A stretch of 59,815 nucleotides of DNA from Holosporaceae bacterium (lineage in GTDB: Bacteria; Pseudomonadota; Alphaproteobacteria; UBA3830), in assembly GCA_031276565.1 (NCBI GenBank), contig JAISMS010000060.1, positions 1-59,815 of the forward strand, written 5' to 3'. The notes beneath the pieces are model-generated. The model searched no databases. It worked only from the letters and a program-made list of their open reading frames with translations, and was not told the origin of the DNA. This document shows positions 1 to 8,978 of this stretch, one piece after another. The first letter of the stretch is position 1. The number at the start of each line of letters is the position of its first letter. The position numbers were made by a program, and so were the translations under genes.

Positions 1-14
1 GGATATCGGAGATT

Positions 15-485
15 TTATATGATCTTCAGGCGGCGGAATTCTTCAACGGCCCGCAAATAGGAGTCTTTTTTGAAGTATACGATTTTTTTGAGCAGATCAT
101 CCGGAAATATCCACGTCCAATCGACAAATTCCTGCGGAGATCCGGACAGGCAGATCTCGCTTTCTTCCCCTAAAAATTTGAAGGCAAAAAACGTAATCTC
201 CTGACCGCAATATTTCAGCTGTCCTCTTTTCTTTTCGAGCACTCTCCGGATGTGAGGAGGAAAATCATAGCGACAACCGCCGAAAGATCCCAGCAACTCC
301 ACAGACGAAATACCGGTTTCCTCTAGAAGCTCCCTCTTCGCCGCATCCGGAAAACTTTCATTTTCCTCGACGCCTCCCTGCGGCAATTGCCAGGCGTCTT
401 TGGTGTCGATTCTTTTCCCGACGAAAATTTTCGAGTCTTTGATAACGAAGATAACTACGCACTTTCTGTAGGAAAGCAAAGTCAT
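15..485 (-). CDS. rppH: RNA pyrophosphohydrolase RppH (Nudix hydrolase)
   Basis: Nudix box GGVEENESFPDAAKRELLEETGI is present in ORF 15..521. I moved the start to the internal ATG at 485 (MTLLSYRK...), which forms an ATGA start/stop overlap with the upstream gene. Confidence 0.8.
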   Translation of the reverse strand: MTLLSYRKCVVIFVIKDSKIFVGKRIDTKDAWQLPQGGVEENESFPDAAKRELLEETGISSVELLGSFGGCRYDFPPHIRRVLEKKRGQLKYCGQEITFFAFKFLGEESEICLSGSPQEFVDWTWIFPDDLLKKIVYFKKDSYLRAVEEFRRLKII

Positions 486-1408
486 CTTTTTGCCGCTGCG
501 CTGATCGGAGCCAGCGTCCAATCCGCCGGAAGAATTTTTATGAGATTCGGCAGGTGTTCCCTGCGTATCATAAGGACGCTTCCGTCCTGAAGTTTGGAGA
601 GGTCAAAATCGTCCGATTCGAATACGGCGGCGGCGCTTATGAAGATCAAACCCGTTTTCTCGGCCACTTCTTTCGGTAAGTTGTTTGAATCCTCAAAATC
701 AAAAAAAGCCACCCCTCTTTCGGCCAGCGCTTCGGCTATGATCGCCATGTCTTTCGCTGATTTTGTAAGCAAAGTGGGGGATACGTTGGCAATTCCCAAC
801 GCATACTTCGTCGATGCAAGCAGACGAAACAACTTGCTCAAAGTATCGCCGGCCTCGGCGTTTACCAGAAACGGAGTAATCGTCCGATTTTGGCCGATTG
901 AAACCGGAAATTGCACGGGTATTTTCAGGAAAAACTCGTGTCCGCCCTTTTGAACGGTTTTAACGACTTCGTCCAACCGATCGCAATGGTGCGGAACTAT
1001 GAACGTAACCTTTTGTCCGTTCAATCCGGCGTCGATGTTCGCCGGGTTCGCCGCATCGTTCTCGCTGAGTACTACGGCGAGCCGCAGCTTTTTTCCGGAA
1101 GTAATTTCCGAGCAGGCGGAATATTCGTCGAACACACGCGCCCCGCTCCGGGAGATTTTCGGCAGATATCCGTATTTTGTGCGCTCGTAGAAGTCTTTAC
1201 GGCAATCTTCCGTTTTTTTTTCCGGAATCAGATCTTCTTTCTTTTCCATAAATTGTTCCGGCAGTATGTCGCCGTCTATCGGTATTCTGTAGCGGTAACC
1301 GGAGGAGCGTTCTTTTTTAAAGTTGCCGTATATCTCCACGCCGACGACAAATGCAGCCGCCGCGCCCAAAAATATCGCCCATGCCAAAATCAGTTTTTTG
1401 TTTTTCAT
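482..1408 (-). CDS. divergent polysaccharide deacetylase family protein (YibQ-like), N-terminal membrane anchor
   Basis: The N-terminus is a TM segment (KLILAWAIFLGAAAAFVVGV). The C-terminal segment GIANVSPTLLTKSAKDMAIIAEALAERGVAFFD resembles the YibQ family. The position downstream of envC-like and ctpA genes is a conserved context. Confidence 0.6.
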   Translation of the reverse strand: MKNKKLILAWAIFLGAAAAFVVGVEIYGNFKKERSSGYRYRIPIDGDILPEQFMEKKEDLIPEKKTEDCRKDFYERTKYGYLPKISRSGARVFDEYSACSEITSGKKLRLAVVLSENDAANPANIDAGLNGQKVTFIVPHHCDRLDEVVKTVQKGGHEFFLKIPVQFPVSIGQNRTITPFLVNAEAGDTLSKLFRLLASTKYALGIANVSPTLLTKSAKDMAIIAEALAERGVAFFDFEDSNNLPKEVAEKTGLIFISAAAVFESDDFDLSKLQDGSVLMIRREHLPNLIKILPADWTLAPISAAAKR

Positions 1409-2880
1409 TTCCCCCTTCCGCCGATTTGCCCGTACTTCTCTATGGCTTTTAAAACGTCAAAAGCTTTGTTCAGCTGATAGTCTTTCTCCGCTCTTTCCTT
1501 CAGCGACAGTTTGCGATATATCAGTTCCTGATCCTCTTCCCCGCCGTCTTTTTTCTTCTTTTTCTTCTCCGGCCCTTCGATGTTTTTTCGAATTTGATTG
1601 TCGGAATGCTTTTGCTTCCCGGACTTTCCGTCCGCATCCAGGGCGTTGTTAAAAGACTCTTCCCTGACGGTAATCATCTCCTCCGGCTTGAGAATTAACG
1701 CATAGTCCGCTTCGATATCCGGAACGACGCCGTTGGACTGAATGCACTCGCCGCTCGGCGTATAGTATTTTGCCACCGTAATTTTTATGGCGGCCTTATC
1801 GGACAAAGGAATTATCTTCTGCACCGATCCCTTGCCGAATGATCTGACGCCGATAATAATCGCCCGCTTATTATCCCGCAGCGCACCCGCCAGTATTTCC
1901 GGAGCCGAAGCGGTTCCGCTGTTAATCAGAACGACAATCGGCAGTCCGTTTGTCAAATCTCCGGGACCGGCGGAAAACACTTTTGAATTATCCGTCGTCC
2001 TGCCCCGGGTGGAAACTATTTTTCCGCCGTCCAGAAAAATGTTGCAGACCTCGATGGTCTCGTCCAAAAGTCCGCCGGGATTGTTTCTTACATCCAGAAT
2101 AATTCCCTTTAATTTTTGACTTTTCTTCAAAAATTCTTTTATGCTTCCGGATGTGTTTTTGTCGAACGTAGAGATCCTGATGTAGCCGACTTCGTTAAGA
2201 ACCTCCGCTTTCACCGATCGAATCCGTATAATATCCCGTTCGATAACCGTGTCAAATGGGGGCTTGTCTCCGCGTTTTATCTTCAGTTTCACCTTGGTTT
2301 TAGGCTTTCCTCTGAGTTTTTCGAACACTTCCTCGAAGAGCAAGCCGCTCACACATTCGTTGTCTATATATATAATGAGGTCTCCGCTTTTCAAACCGGC
2401 TTTGTAGGCGGGCGTATCGTCGATCGGAGAGATAATGCGCACAAACCCTTCATCCGGGATAATTTCGATCCCGACGCCTCCGAATTCTCCCTCCGTATTG
2501 TTTTTCATGGAGACGAAAGCTTTTTCGTTCAGATAGGACGAGTGTAAATCCAGGGAAGACAGCAGCCCCGACACGGCTTTTTCGGTAATTTCGCACTGCG
2601 ATAAATTCTTGACGTATTCCGCACGGATCAGATCGAATATCAGCTGCAAAAACACCGTATACTGCATATCCGCAGGAATGCTTGCTTTTATGTTATCCGG
2701 AATGACCAGGGAGCATTTTTTTTCTTTTTCTCCGTCATCGCCCAGCGGATCGGCGTAGGCCTTGACGGACGAACCGAGCGCGGATTCGTCCGCGGTCGCG
2801 TCTTTTCTGAAACTGCCGGCGTCGCAAACGTTGCAGCATGTCAACGACAACAAAACTCCGCAGGATAATGCGATTTTCAT
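1405..2880 (-). CDS. ctpA: carboxy-terminal processing protease (S41 family, PDZ domain)
   Basis: PDZ segment GLKSGDLIIYID and S41 core VLINSGTASAPEILAGALRD...GKGSVQ are present. The start was set to MKIALSCGVLL... (signal peptide) at 2880, which gives an ATGA overlap with the upstream gene. Confidence 0.9.
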   Translation of the reverse strand: MKIALSCGVLLSLTCCNVCDAGSFRKDATADESALGSSVKAYADPLGDDGEKEKKCSLVIPDNIKASIPADMQYTVFLQLIFDLIRAEYVKNLSQCEITEKAVSGLLSSLDLHSSYLNEKAFVSMKNNTEGEFGGVGIEIIPDEGFVRIISPIDDTPAYKAGLKSGDLIIYIDNECVSGLLFEEVFEKLRGKPKTKVKLKIKRGDKPPFDTVIERDIIRIRSVKAEVLNEVGYIRISTFDKNTSGSIKEFLKKSQKLKGIILDVRNNPGGLLDETIEVCNIFLDGGKIVSTRGRTTDNSKVFSAGPGDLTNGLPIVVLINSGTASAPEILAGALRDNKRAIIIGVRSFGKGSVQKIIPLSDKAAIKITVAKYYTPSGECIQSNGVVPDIEADYALILKPEEMITVREESFNNALDADGKSGKQKHSDNQIRKNIEGPEKKKKKKDGGEEDQELIYRKLSLKERAEKDYQLNKAFDVLKAIEKYGQIGGRGK

Positions 2881-3911
2881 CTCTTTTCTTCCTTCTGTCC
2901 GATCGAATCGAACAACCAATAACGCGGATCAAGCGGTTCGCCGGATTTTTTCAATTCCATTTTTATTACGGGATCACCTTCTCCCTCTTTTCTCATTCTT
3001 CCCACATAGTCTCCGATATCAATCATGTCGCCGGGCGACGGAAATACGTTATCCATCCCGTACAAAAATACCCTATACTCTCCGTTGCTGATAATCAATA
3101 TATTCCCGTAATTTAAAAACTTTCCGGCAAACACCACCAATCCTTTTGCCGGAGAGGTTACCACCGCTCCCGGAGACGTTGAAAAAGCAAGGTGATATAT
3201 CATCTCGTCATTTTCGCCTTTATCCCCGAATTCGGTCACGATTTTTCCCGATACCGGACAGGCCAGCGATAACTTCGTGGATATTTTGGTATTTTTCAAC
3301 ACCCCTATGGCATTTTCCGCCTCCAGCTCGGCGTCCAGCTCCTCAAGAGATTCGGATTTGGTTGCCAGATGAAAGACCACATCGTTTTGAATCGAATTAT
3401 CTCCGCGCATTTCCGCAAACTTCGCGGATTTTATTTCTATCTCTTCCGCCAGCTTGGCGTATTCCGCGATCTTCTCTTTCAATTCGTCGGAGCTTTTTTG
3501 TTTACTCTTTCTCAGTTTGGATATTTCTTCGCGGACTTCCTCCAATCCCGATCCGACGGATCTGAAGTAGGAAGCAAAATTCTTGATGATGATGGAGCAT
3601 CTCACAAAATCATTCTTATTGTCTCTGTGGCTTAAAATCAGTAAAGCGGAAAAACGTTGCATGTCCGTCAGCATTGTAAAACACCGCGCTAAAATCCCGT
3701 ATACGCTGCGAATAAGAGGAACGGAAGCTTTTTCCTTTTGGTTGATCGATTCGACCTCTATGTTCAATTTGTTGATTTTCGCTTCGAGCACCCGGGCTTT
3801 TCTGCACAGCTCCCTCATTTCTGCGGACTGAACCGCCGCCCTCGCATCCGTTGCGCCAAAAAACGCCGCCGCAAGGAAAAATGCCGGGATTACTCTAAAA
3901 AAACAACTCAT
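2877..3911 (-). CDS. M23 peptidase-domain murein hydrolase activator (EnvC/NlpD-like)
   Basis: The protein has a signal peptide, a long coiled-coil-like middle and a C-terminal LytM-type domain (PVSGKIVTEFG...GLVVFAGKFLNYGNILIISNG...YLYG). It sits directly upstream of ctpA. Confidence 0.75.
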   Translation of the reverse strand: MSCFFRVIPAFFLAAAFFGATDARAAVQSAEMRELCRKARVLEAKINKLNIEVESINQKEKASVPLIRSVYGILARCFTMLTDMQRFSALLILSHRDNKNDFVRCSIIIKNFASYFRSVGSGLEEVREEISKLRKSKQKSSDELKEKIAEYAKLAEEIEIKSAKFAEMRGDNSIQNDVVFHLATKSESLEELDAELEAENAIGVLKNTKISTKLSLACPVSGKIVTEFGDKGENDEMIYHLAFSTSPGAVVTSPAKGLVVFAGKFLNYGNILIISNGEYRVFLYGMDNVFPSPGDMIDIGDYVGRMRKEGEGDPVIKMELKKSGEPLDPRYWLFDSIGQKEEKR

Positions 3912-5236
3912 TCCGTCTCTTTCGCCGCTCCCAACTTTTTAAAAACCCTCCCCACGGAACAATAGTTGAATCCGGAAGAATTTACTTCGGACAGGGTATA
4001 GATGTTTCTCAAATCAATCAACAGAGGATTTTTCACCCTTCCGTTCAATTCCTTCAGATTCAATGCCCGAAATTCGCTCCAATCCGTAAGAATTATAACT
4101 GCGTCGGCTCCGTTGCAAACATCATAGGCGTTATCGCCGAACGGAATGCCGCGAAATATTTCCGCAGCCTGCCCGGAAAAAGACGGATCATAGATTTTTA
4201 TGTGCGCCCCGTGTTCTGCCAGAGCTTTTATGATATCTATGCTCGGGCTGTCGCGCATATCGTCGGTGTTGGCCTTAAAAGTGACCCCGAGGACGGCAAT
4301 ATTCTTGCCCCTTACGTTATTGCCGCAGGCCGAAAGAATCTTTTCCGCCATCCTCTTTCTTCGATCGCCGTTGGATCTTATGGTTTCCTTCACCAGCGAA
4401 AGATTCACGCCCCGTTCGGCGGCAAAATGATTCAAGGCGGAAGTGTCCTTAGGAAAACATGATCCGCCGTATCCGGGACCCGCCTGCAGAAATTTGTCGC
4501 CGATCCTTTTGTCGAGTCCCATGGCGATGGCGACTTCATTCACGTCGGCCCCGCATGACTCGCAGAGATCGGCTATTTCGTTGATAAAGGCAACCTTCAT
4601 GGCCAAAAAAGCGTTGGAGGCGTATTTGGACAGCTCGGCCGTTTCCAAATCCGTAAACACCAGCGGAGTGTTGAAAACATAAAGCGGCCGATACACCTGC
4701 GAGAGAATTCTTTTGGCATTTTTGCTCTCAACTCCGAGGATCACGCGATCCGGATGCATAAAATCCTCGACGGCGGCGCCTTCCTTCAGAAATTCCGGAT
4801 TAAAGGCCACGTCCGCGTCAATTCCTTTGTCGAGCAAAAATTTCTTCACCGCCCCGGAGGTTCCGACCGGAACGGTGGATTTGATGACTATGAGAGCGCC
4901 GTTATTTGCGGAGCGGGCGATTTCCTCCGCCGCCTGATACACATAAGACAGATCGGCGCTTCCGTCGGAACGGGACGGAGTGCCGACCGCAATAAAAATG
5001 ATATCGGCGTTCCTTACGCCTTCTTCGATTTCGGAGACAAAACGCAGTCGACCGGCGGCAAAATTTTTGGATATCAGCTTATCCAATCCCGGTTCGTATA
5101 TGGGAACGCCGCCCCGGTTTAATTCTTCTATCTTGGATTTGTTTTTGTCGACGCAGGTAACGTTAAATCCGAACTCGGCAAAACAGACTCCGGATACCAG
5201 CCCCACATATCCGGTTCCCACAACCGTAATTCTCAT
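3908..5236 (-). CDS. ugd: UDP-glucose 6-dehydrogenase
   Basis: N-terminal Rossmann motif MRITVVGTGYVGLVSG and catalytic GGSCFPKD motif are present. The length of 442 aa is typical. Confidence 0.9.
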   Translation of the reverse strand: MRITVVGTGYVGLVSGVCFAEFGFNVTCVDKNKSKIEELNRGGVPIYEPGLDKLISKNFAAGRLRFVSEIEEGVRNADIIFIAVGTPSRSDGSADLSYVYQAAEEIARSANNGALIVIKSTVPVGTSGAVKKFLLDKGIDADVAFNPEFLKEGAAVEDFMHPDRVILGVESKNAKRILSQVYRPLYVFNTPLVFTDLETAELSKYASNAFLAMKVAFINEIADLCESCGADVNEVAIAMGLDKRIGDKFLQAGPGYGGSCFPKDTSALNHFAAERGVNLSLVKETIRSNGDRRKRMAEKILSACGNNVRGKNIAVLGVTFKANTDDMRDSPSIDIIKALAEHGAHIKIYDPSFSGQAAEIFRGIPFGDNAYDVCNGADAVIILTDWSEFRALNLKELNGRVKNPLLIDLRNIYTLSEVNSSGFNYCSVGRVFKKLGAAKETE

Positions 5237-6051
5237 CTTTTACCTCTGCAAAAATTTTCCGCAACGCATCTGAGCTTTTCATCCCTGTCGGCCACGTGCA
5301 AAATGGCAGCCAGAAGCCCCTCCTTGGAACCGCAGTCGAATCTCTTTCCTTTAAACTTAAATCCGGTCAGCCCGCAGTAAGGTATCATTTCCGACAAAGC
5401 GTCCGTCAATTGTATTTCTCCCCCGACGCCGGGATTCAGACGGGCCAGAACGTCGAAAATTTCATGGGACAACAGATATCTCCCGACTATGGCGGAGGAG
5501 GATTTGGCTTCTTCGATCGACGGCTTTTCGCACACCGATTTCGCCCTGATCAAATCCTCTGTTTCACTTTCGATTTCCAATATCCCGTAGCGATTTACCT
5601 CGCTGCGGTCTACGCTTACGGAGGCGACCATATTGGCGCCCTCATAGCGCTCCATCATTTCGCCGAGACATGATTTTTCATGCAACATGAAATCATCGGC
5701 GGAAATGACGGCAAACGGTTCTTTTCCTATCAAATTCTTCGCGCACAAAACGGCGTGCCCCAATCCCAAAGGTTCGTTTTGCCTCACGTAGCAGACGCTG
5801 CCCGTTTTCACGTTAAAATATTCGGAATGGGAGGATATGTAGTCGAAGTAATCCTCTATAGAATTCTTTCCCTGGCGCGTTACGAAAATAAATTCCTCGA
5901 CGCCGGCCGCGACTGCCTCTTCAAAAGCATAGTGGATTAAAGGCTTGTCGATTATACCCAACATTTCCTTCGGCACCGCCCGGGTGATCGGGAAAAATCT
6001 TTTTCCGAGTCCTCCGACCGGAAACACGGCTTTACCGATTTTCATGGACAC
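5233..6051 (-). CDS. galU: UTP--glucose-1-phosphate uridylyltransferase
   Basis: KAVFPVGGLGKRFFPITRAVPKEMLGIIDKPLIHY is the GalU N-terminal signature. It has a 4-nt overlap with ugd. Confidence 0.9.
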   Translation of the reverse strand: MSMKIGKAVFPVGGLGKRFFPITRAVPKEMLGIIDKPLIHYAFEEAVAAGVEEFIFVTRQGKNSIEDYFDYISSHSEYFNVKTGSVCYVRQNEPLGLGHAVLCAKNLIGKEPFAVISADDFMLHEKSCLGEMMERYEGANMVASVSVDRSEVNRYGILEIESETEDLIRAKSVCEKPSIEEAKSSSAIVGRYLLSHEIFDVLARLNPGVGGEIQLTDALSEMIPYCGLTGFKFKGKRFDCGSKEGLLAAILHVADRDEKLRCVAENFCRGKR

Positions 6052-6209
6052 ATCCCGCCAAATAACCGAGTATCATGATACATTGATATGCCGAATCGAT
6101 CAAGGCGAAGACGGCGGAGGTCGCCGCCGATCCGAAAAATTAAAAAACAAAATTTATGCATTTTTCTCGGATTTTTAGTATACTGTCCGAAAATAGTTTG
6201 GAATTGCAA

Positions 6210-7964
6210 ATGGCGAACCCTCTTGACGATAATTTTAACTTTGCCTCTAAAAGCATGGAATTACTGTTTCAACTGGCCGTGACCGATCCTAAAATCGCGT
6301 TTCTCCCCTACCTCAAAATTGCCGAAAAGATGGCTTCCCGGCCGGAAAAAATAAAAAAATCCCGGGAAGACTTGTTCGACAGACTTGCGGAACTGCAAAA
6401 ATCCTTCGCCGACACATGGTTCGACTCCGTCCGAAAACACTCCGAAACCGACGACGATTTTTTCGACAATAATCCGGCGATAATTTTCGTACGAAAATTC
6501 CACGAAACCGTATCAGAATGGATGATGAACCTGATAGACGAAGCGGACGGCCTCGATCCGTTTTCCCTAAACAGCGCCAAGTTTTTTACCAAACAATACA
6601 TTCACATGACGTCGCCGGATAATTTCCCCTTTTTGAATCCGAAAGTTATAAAGGAAGCCCTGAACACCGGCGGCGAAAATTTTATAAAAGGCATGGGATT
6701 GTTGCTGGAAGATATAAAAAACGGAGCCGTTTCCACCAACGATCGAACGCCCTTCGAAGTGGGAAAGAATTTGGCCGTAACCCCGGGAAAAGTTGTGTTC
6801 CAGAACGACATAATCGAGCTCATAATGTATTCCCCCTCGACGCCGAAGGTGTTTGCAACGCCGCTTCTTTTCATTTCACCCTGGATCAATAAATTTTATA
6901 TTTTGGATCTTAATCCCGAGTACTCCTTCGTAAGATGGGCGGTCGACAACGGATTCACGGTATTCATGATTTCCTGGGTCAATCCGGATGCCGGATACAG
7001 GAACAAAGGATTGGACGACTATGTGGCCGACGGACTCGCGGCCTCCCTGAACAAGATCGCAGACCTGACGAAGACGAAATCCGTGCATGCCGTCGGCTAC
7101 TGCGTCGGAGGAACCATACTTTCCGCCTACATGGCCTACACGGCCTCTCCGCACTGCCGCCATCGCCCGAAAACAAATATCGTTTCCGCAACGCTGTTGA
7201 CCACTCCGCTGGATTTCGAACACGCCGGAGATATGGTTGCCTTCATAACGGAGGGATATCTGGAAGCCGTCAGCGTCTACAGCAAAGCAAAGGGATTTCT
7301 GAGCGGCAATATCTTGTACAATACCTTTAATGCATTGAGATCAAAGGATATGATCTGGAGATACGTGATCGACAGCTATATGCTGGGGAAAAAACCGCAA
7401 GCCCACGAAATTCTTTTCTGGAACTCCGATCCCGTCAATTTGAGCGAATCCATGCTGCATTCCCTCGCGAAAGATTTGTACCGGGATAACATGCTGAAAA
7501 AAGGGTTATTGAAGATACTGGGAGTTCCGGTGAATATGAGTCTCGTTAAAACGCCGGTCTACATGATTTCCATGGAAAGAGATCATCTGGTGCCGTGGCA
7601 GGCCACCTTCGACGGCATAAAATTGTTCAGCGGAACCGTCAGATTCGTGCTCGGAGGATCCGGACACGTCGCCGGAGTAATAAATCACCCGGCGCTCAAC
7701 AAATATTGGTACCGCGTCAATCAAAGAAACATCGAAACGGCCCGGGAGTGGTTCGACACGGCGGAAAAAATAGTCGGCTCCTGGTGGAACGATTGGCTGG
7801 ATTGGATAAAACCCGCAGCGGGACCTTTGATCGATCCGCCCGAGGTTTCGGATTTCATCCGGGACGCCCCGGGGATTTACGTGAAAAATCAACTCCCGCA
7901 GCCGGACCGGCAGCTCCGGCCGTCGTCGGAGACTCCCGGAGAAACGACCGGCCCGACCGGATAA
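6210..7964 (+). CDS. phaC: class I poly(R)-hydroxyalkanoate synthase
   Basis: Lipase box GYCVGGT, the alpha/beta-hydrolase core and the C-terminal DAPGIYVK motif are present. The start was set to MANPLDDNF at 6210 within ORF 6156..7964. The stop codon lies at the junction of a 3' duplication. Confidence 0.85.
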   Translation: MANPLDDNFNFASKSMELLFQLAVTDPKIAFLPYLKIAEKMASRPEKIKKSREDLFDRLAELQKSFADTWFDSVRKHSETDDDFFDNNPAIIFVRKFHETVSEWMMNLIDEADGLDPFSLNSAKFFTKQYIHMTSPDNFPFLNPKVIKEALNTGGENFIKGMGLLLEDIKNGAVSTNDRTPFEVGKNLAVTPGKVVFQNDIIELIMYSPSTPKVFATPLLFISPWINKFYILDLNPEYSFVRWAVDNGFTVFMISWVNPDAGYRNKGLDDYVADGLAASLNKIADLTKTKSVHAVGYCVGGTILSAYMAYTASPHCRHRPKTNIVSATLLTTPLDFEHAGDMVAFITEGYLEAVSVYSKAKGFLSGNILYNTFNALRSKDMIWRYVIDSYMLGKKPQAHEILFWNSDPVNLSESMLHSLAKDLYRDNMLKKGLLKILGVPVNMSLVKTPVYMISMERDHLVPWQATFDGIKLFSGTVRFVLGGSGHVAGVINHPALNKYWYRVNQRNIETAREWFDTAEKIVGSWWNDWLDWIKPAAGPLIDPPEVSDFIRDAPGIYVKNQLPQPDRQLRPSSETPGETTGPTG

Positions 7965-8080
7965 AACCCGCAGCGAGGCCTTTGATCGATCCGCCCGAGG
8001 TTTCGGATTTCATCCGGGACGACTCGGGAATTTACGTGAAAAATCAACTCCCGCAGCCGGACCGGCAGCCCCGGCCGTCC
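7804..8080. repeat. direct duplication of the phaC 3' end (two ~122-bp copies offset by 155 bp)
   Basis: Copy 7804..7925 and copy 7959..8080 align with about 6-7 mismatches (ggataaaacccgcagcg...ccggaccggcagc). The phaC TAA stop at 7962..7964 lies inside the start of the second copy. Confidence 0.9.
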
Positions 8081-8299
8081 CTTAAAATTAAACAAAAATT
8101 AAGCAAATTACGCTATAACTTTCCGATTCTTAACGGGGTCATATATGGTCGACCATTTGCTGCGCGGCGCCAAAAAGGGTTACATCTTGGCCATAGTGGC
8201 CGTGTTTACGCCGCTACTGCTTTACCTCGTGCAATATTTGATCGGTCGCGACGAACTTTCCCATAAACATGTCGGAGCCGGCAACGCCTCTCTCGCCGT

Positions 8300-8865
8300 C
8301 GCCGCTGCCGGATGAAACGGCGGCCGGAGGCGGAAGCGAAGGCGGCAACGACGGTGGCAACACAGCAGCGACAGCGACGACGCCGAAGGAAACGGCAGAG
8401 ACGACCCGGCCGAGACGCACGCTGCTGCTGCCGGATGAAATGATAGAGCCGGTCTGGCCGAGGCGCACGCCGCCGTCGGAGGAAACGGAGGCCGGAAGCG
8501 GAAGCGAAGGCGGCAACGACGGCAGCACAGCAGCAGCGACGGCGGAGATGCCGGAGGACACAGCAGGAACGGCGGCGCGCACGCTGCTGCCGGAGGAAAC
8601 GAAGGCAGTAGGAGGCAACAACGGCGACAACACAGCGGCGACAGCGACAACGCCGGAGGAAACGGCAGAGACGACCCGGCCGAGGCGCACGCTGCTGCTG
8701 CCGGATGAAATGATAGAGCCGGTCTGGCCGAGGCGACCGCCGCCGTCGGAGGAAACGGAGGCCGGAAACGGAAGCGAAGGCGGCAACGACGGCAGCACAG
8801 CGGCAGCGACGGCGGCACTGCCGGAGGAAACGGCGGCCGGAGGAAGAACAGGCGGCGGAATATGA
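8300..8865. repeat. GC-rich nested tandem repeat (about 270-bp unit x2 with a ~66-bp sub-unit x5); coding status and strand ambiguous
   Basis: +ORF 8269..8865 repeats TAATATTP(K/E)ETAETTRPRRTLLLPDEMIEPVWPRR.PPSEETEAG.GSEGGNDGSTAAATA with a 90-aa period. Two minus-strand frames (8214..8921, 8222..8917) are also open. Confidence 0.85.
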
Positions 8866-8978
8866 AAAAAGGCATTTCGCCCGCGAACTTCGATCGAATA
8901 AAACCCGCCGACCGCAATCACGGACGCAACGGAGAATACGAGTAGTGCGACAAACGCCGGAAAATGAACGTCTCTTTC

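Noticed and set aside
7804-8080. I considered a diversity-generating retroelement (VR/TR pair) as the explanation for the 3'-end duplications at phaC, and likewise at hinT 38163..38503.
   Set aside because: Only about half of the mismatches fall at adenines of the downstream copy. No reverse transcriptase or accessory gene is present anywhere in the window. The targets are housekeeping enzymes rather than ligand-binding C-type-lectin folds.
7595-8266. A 223-aa plus-strand ORF overlaps the phaC 3' end and runs through the duplicated copy.
   Set aside because: It is out of frame with phaC for its first 370 bp. It looks protein-like only where it reads copy 2 of the phaC duplication in the PhaC frame, so it is an artefact of the duplication.
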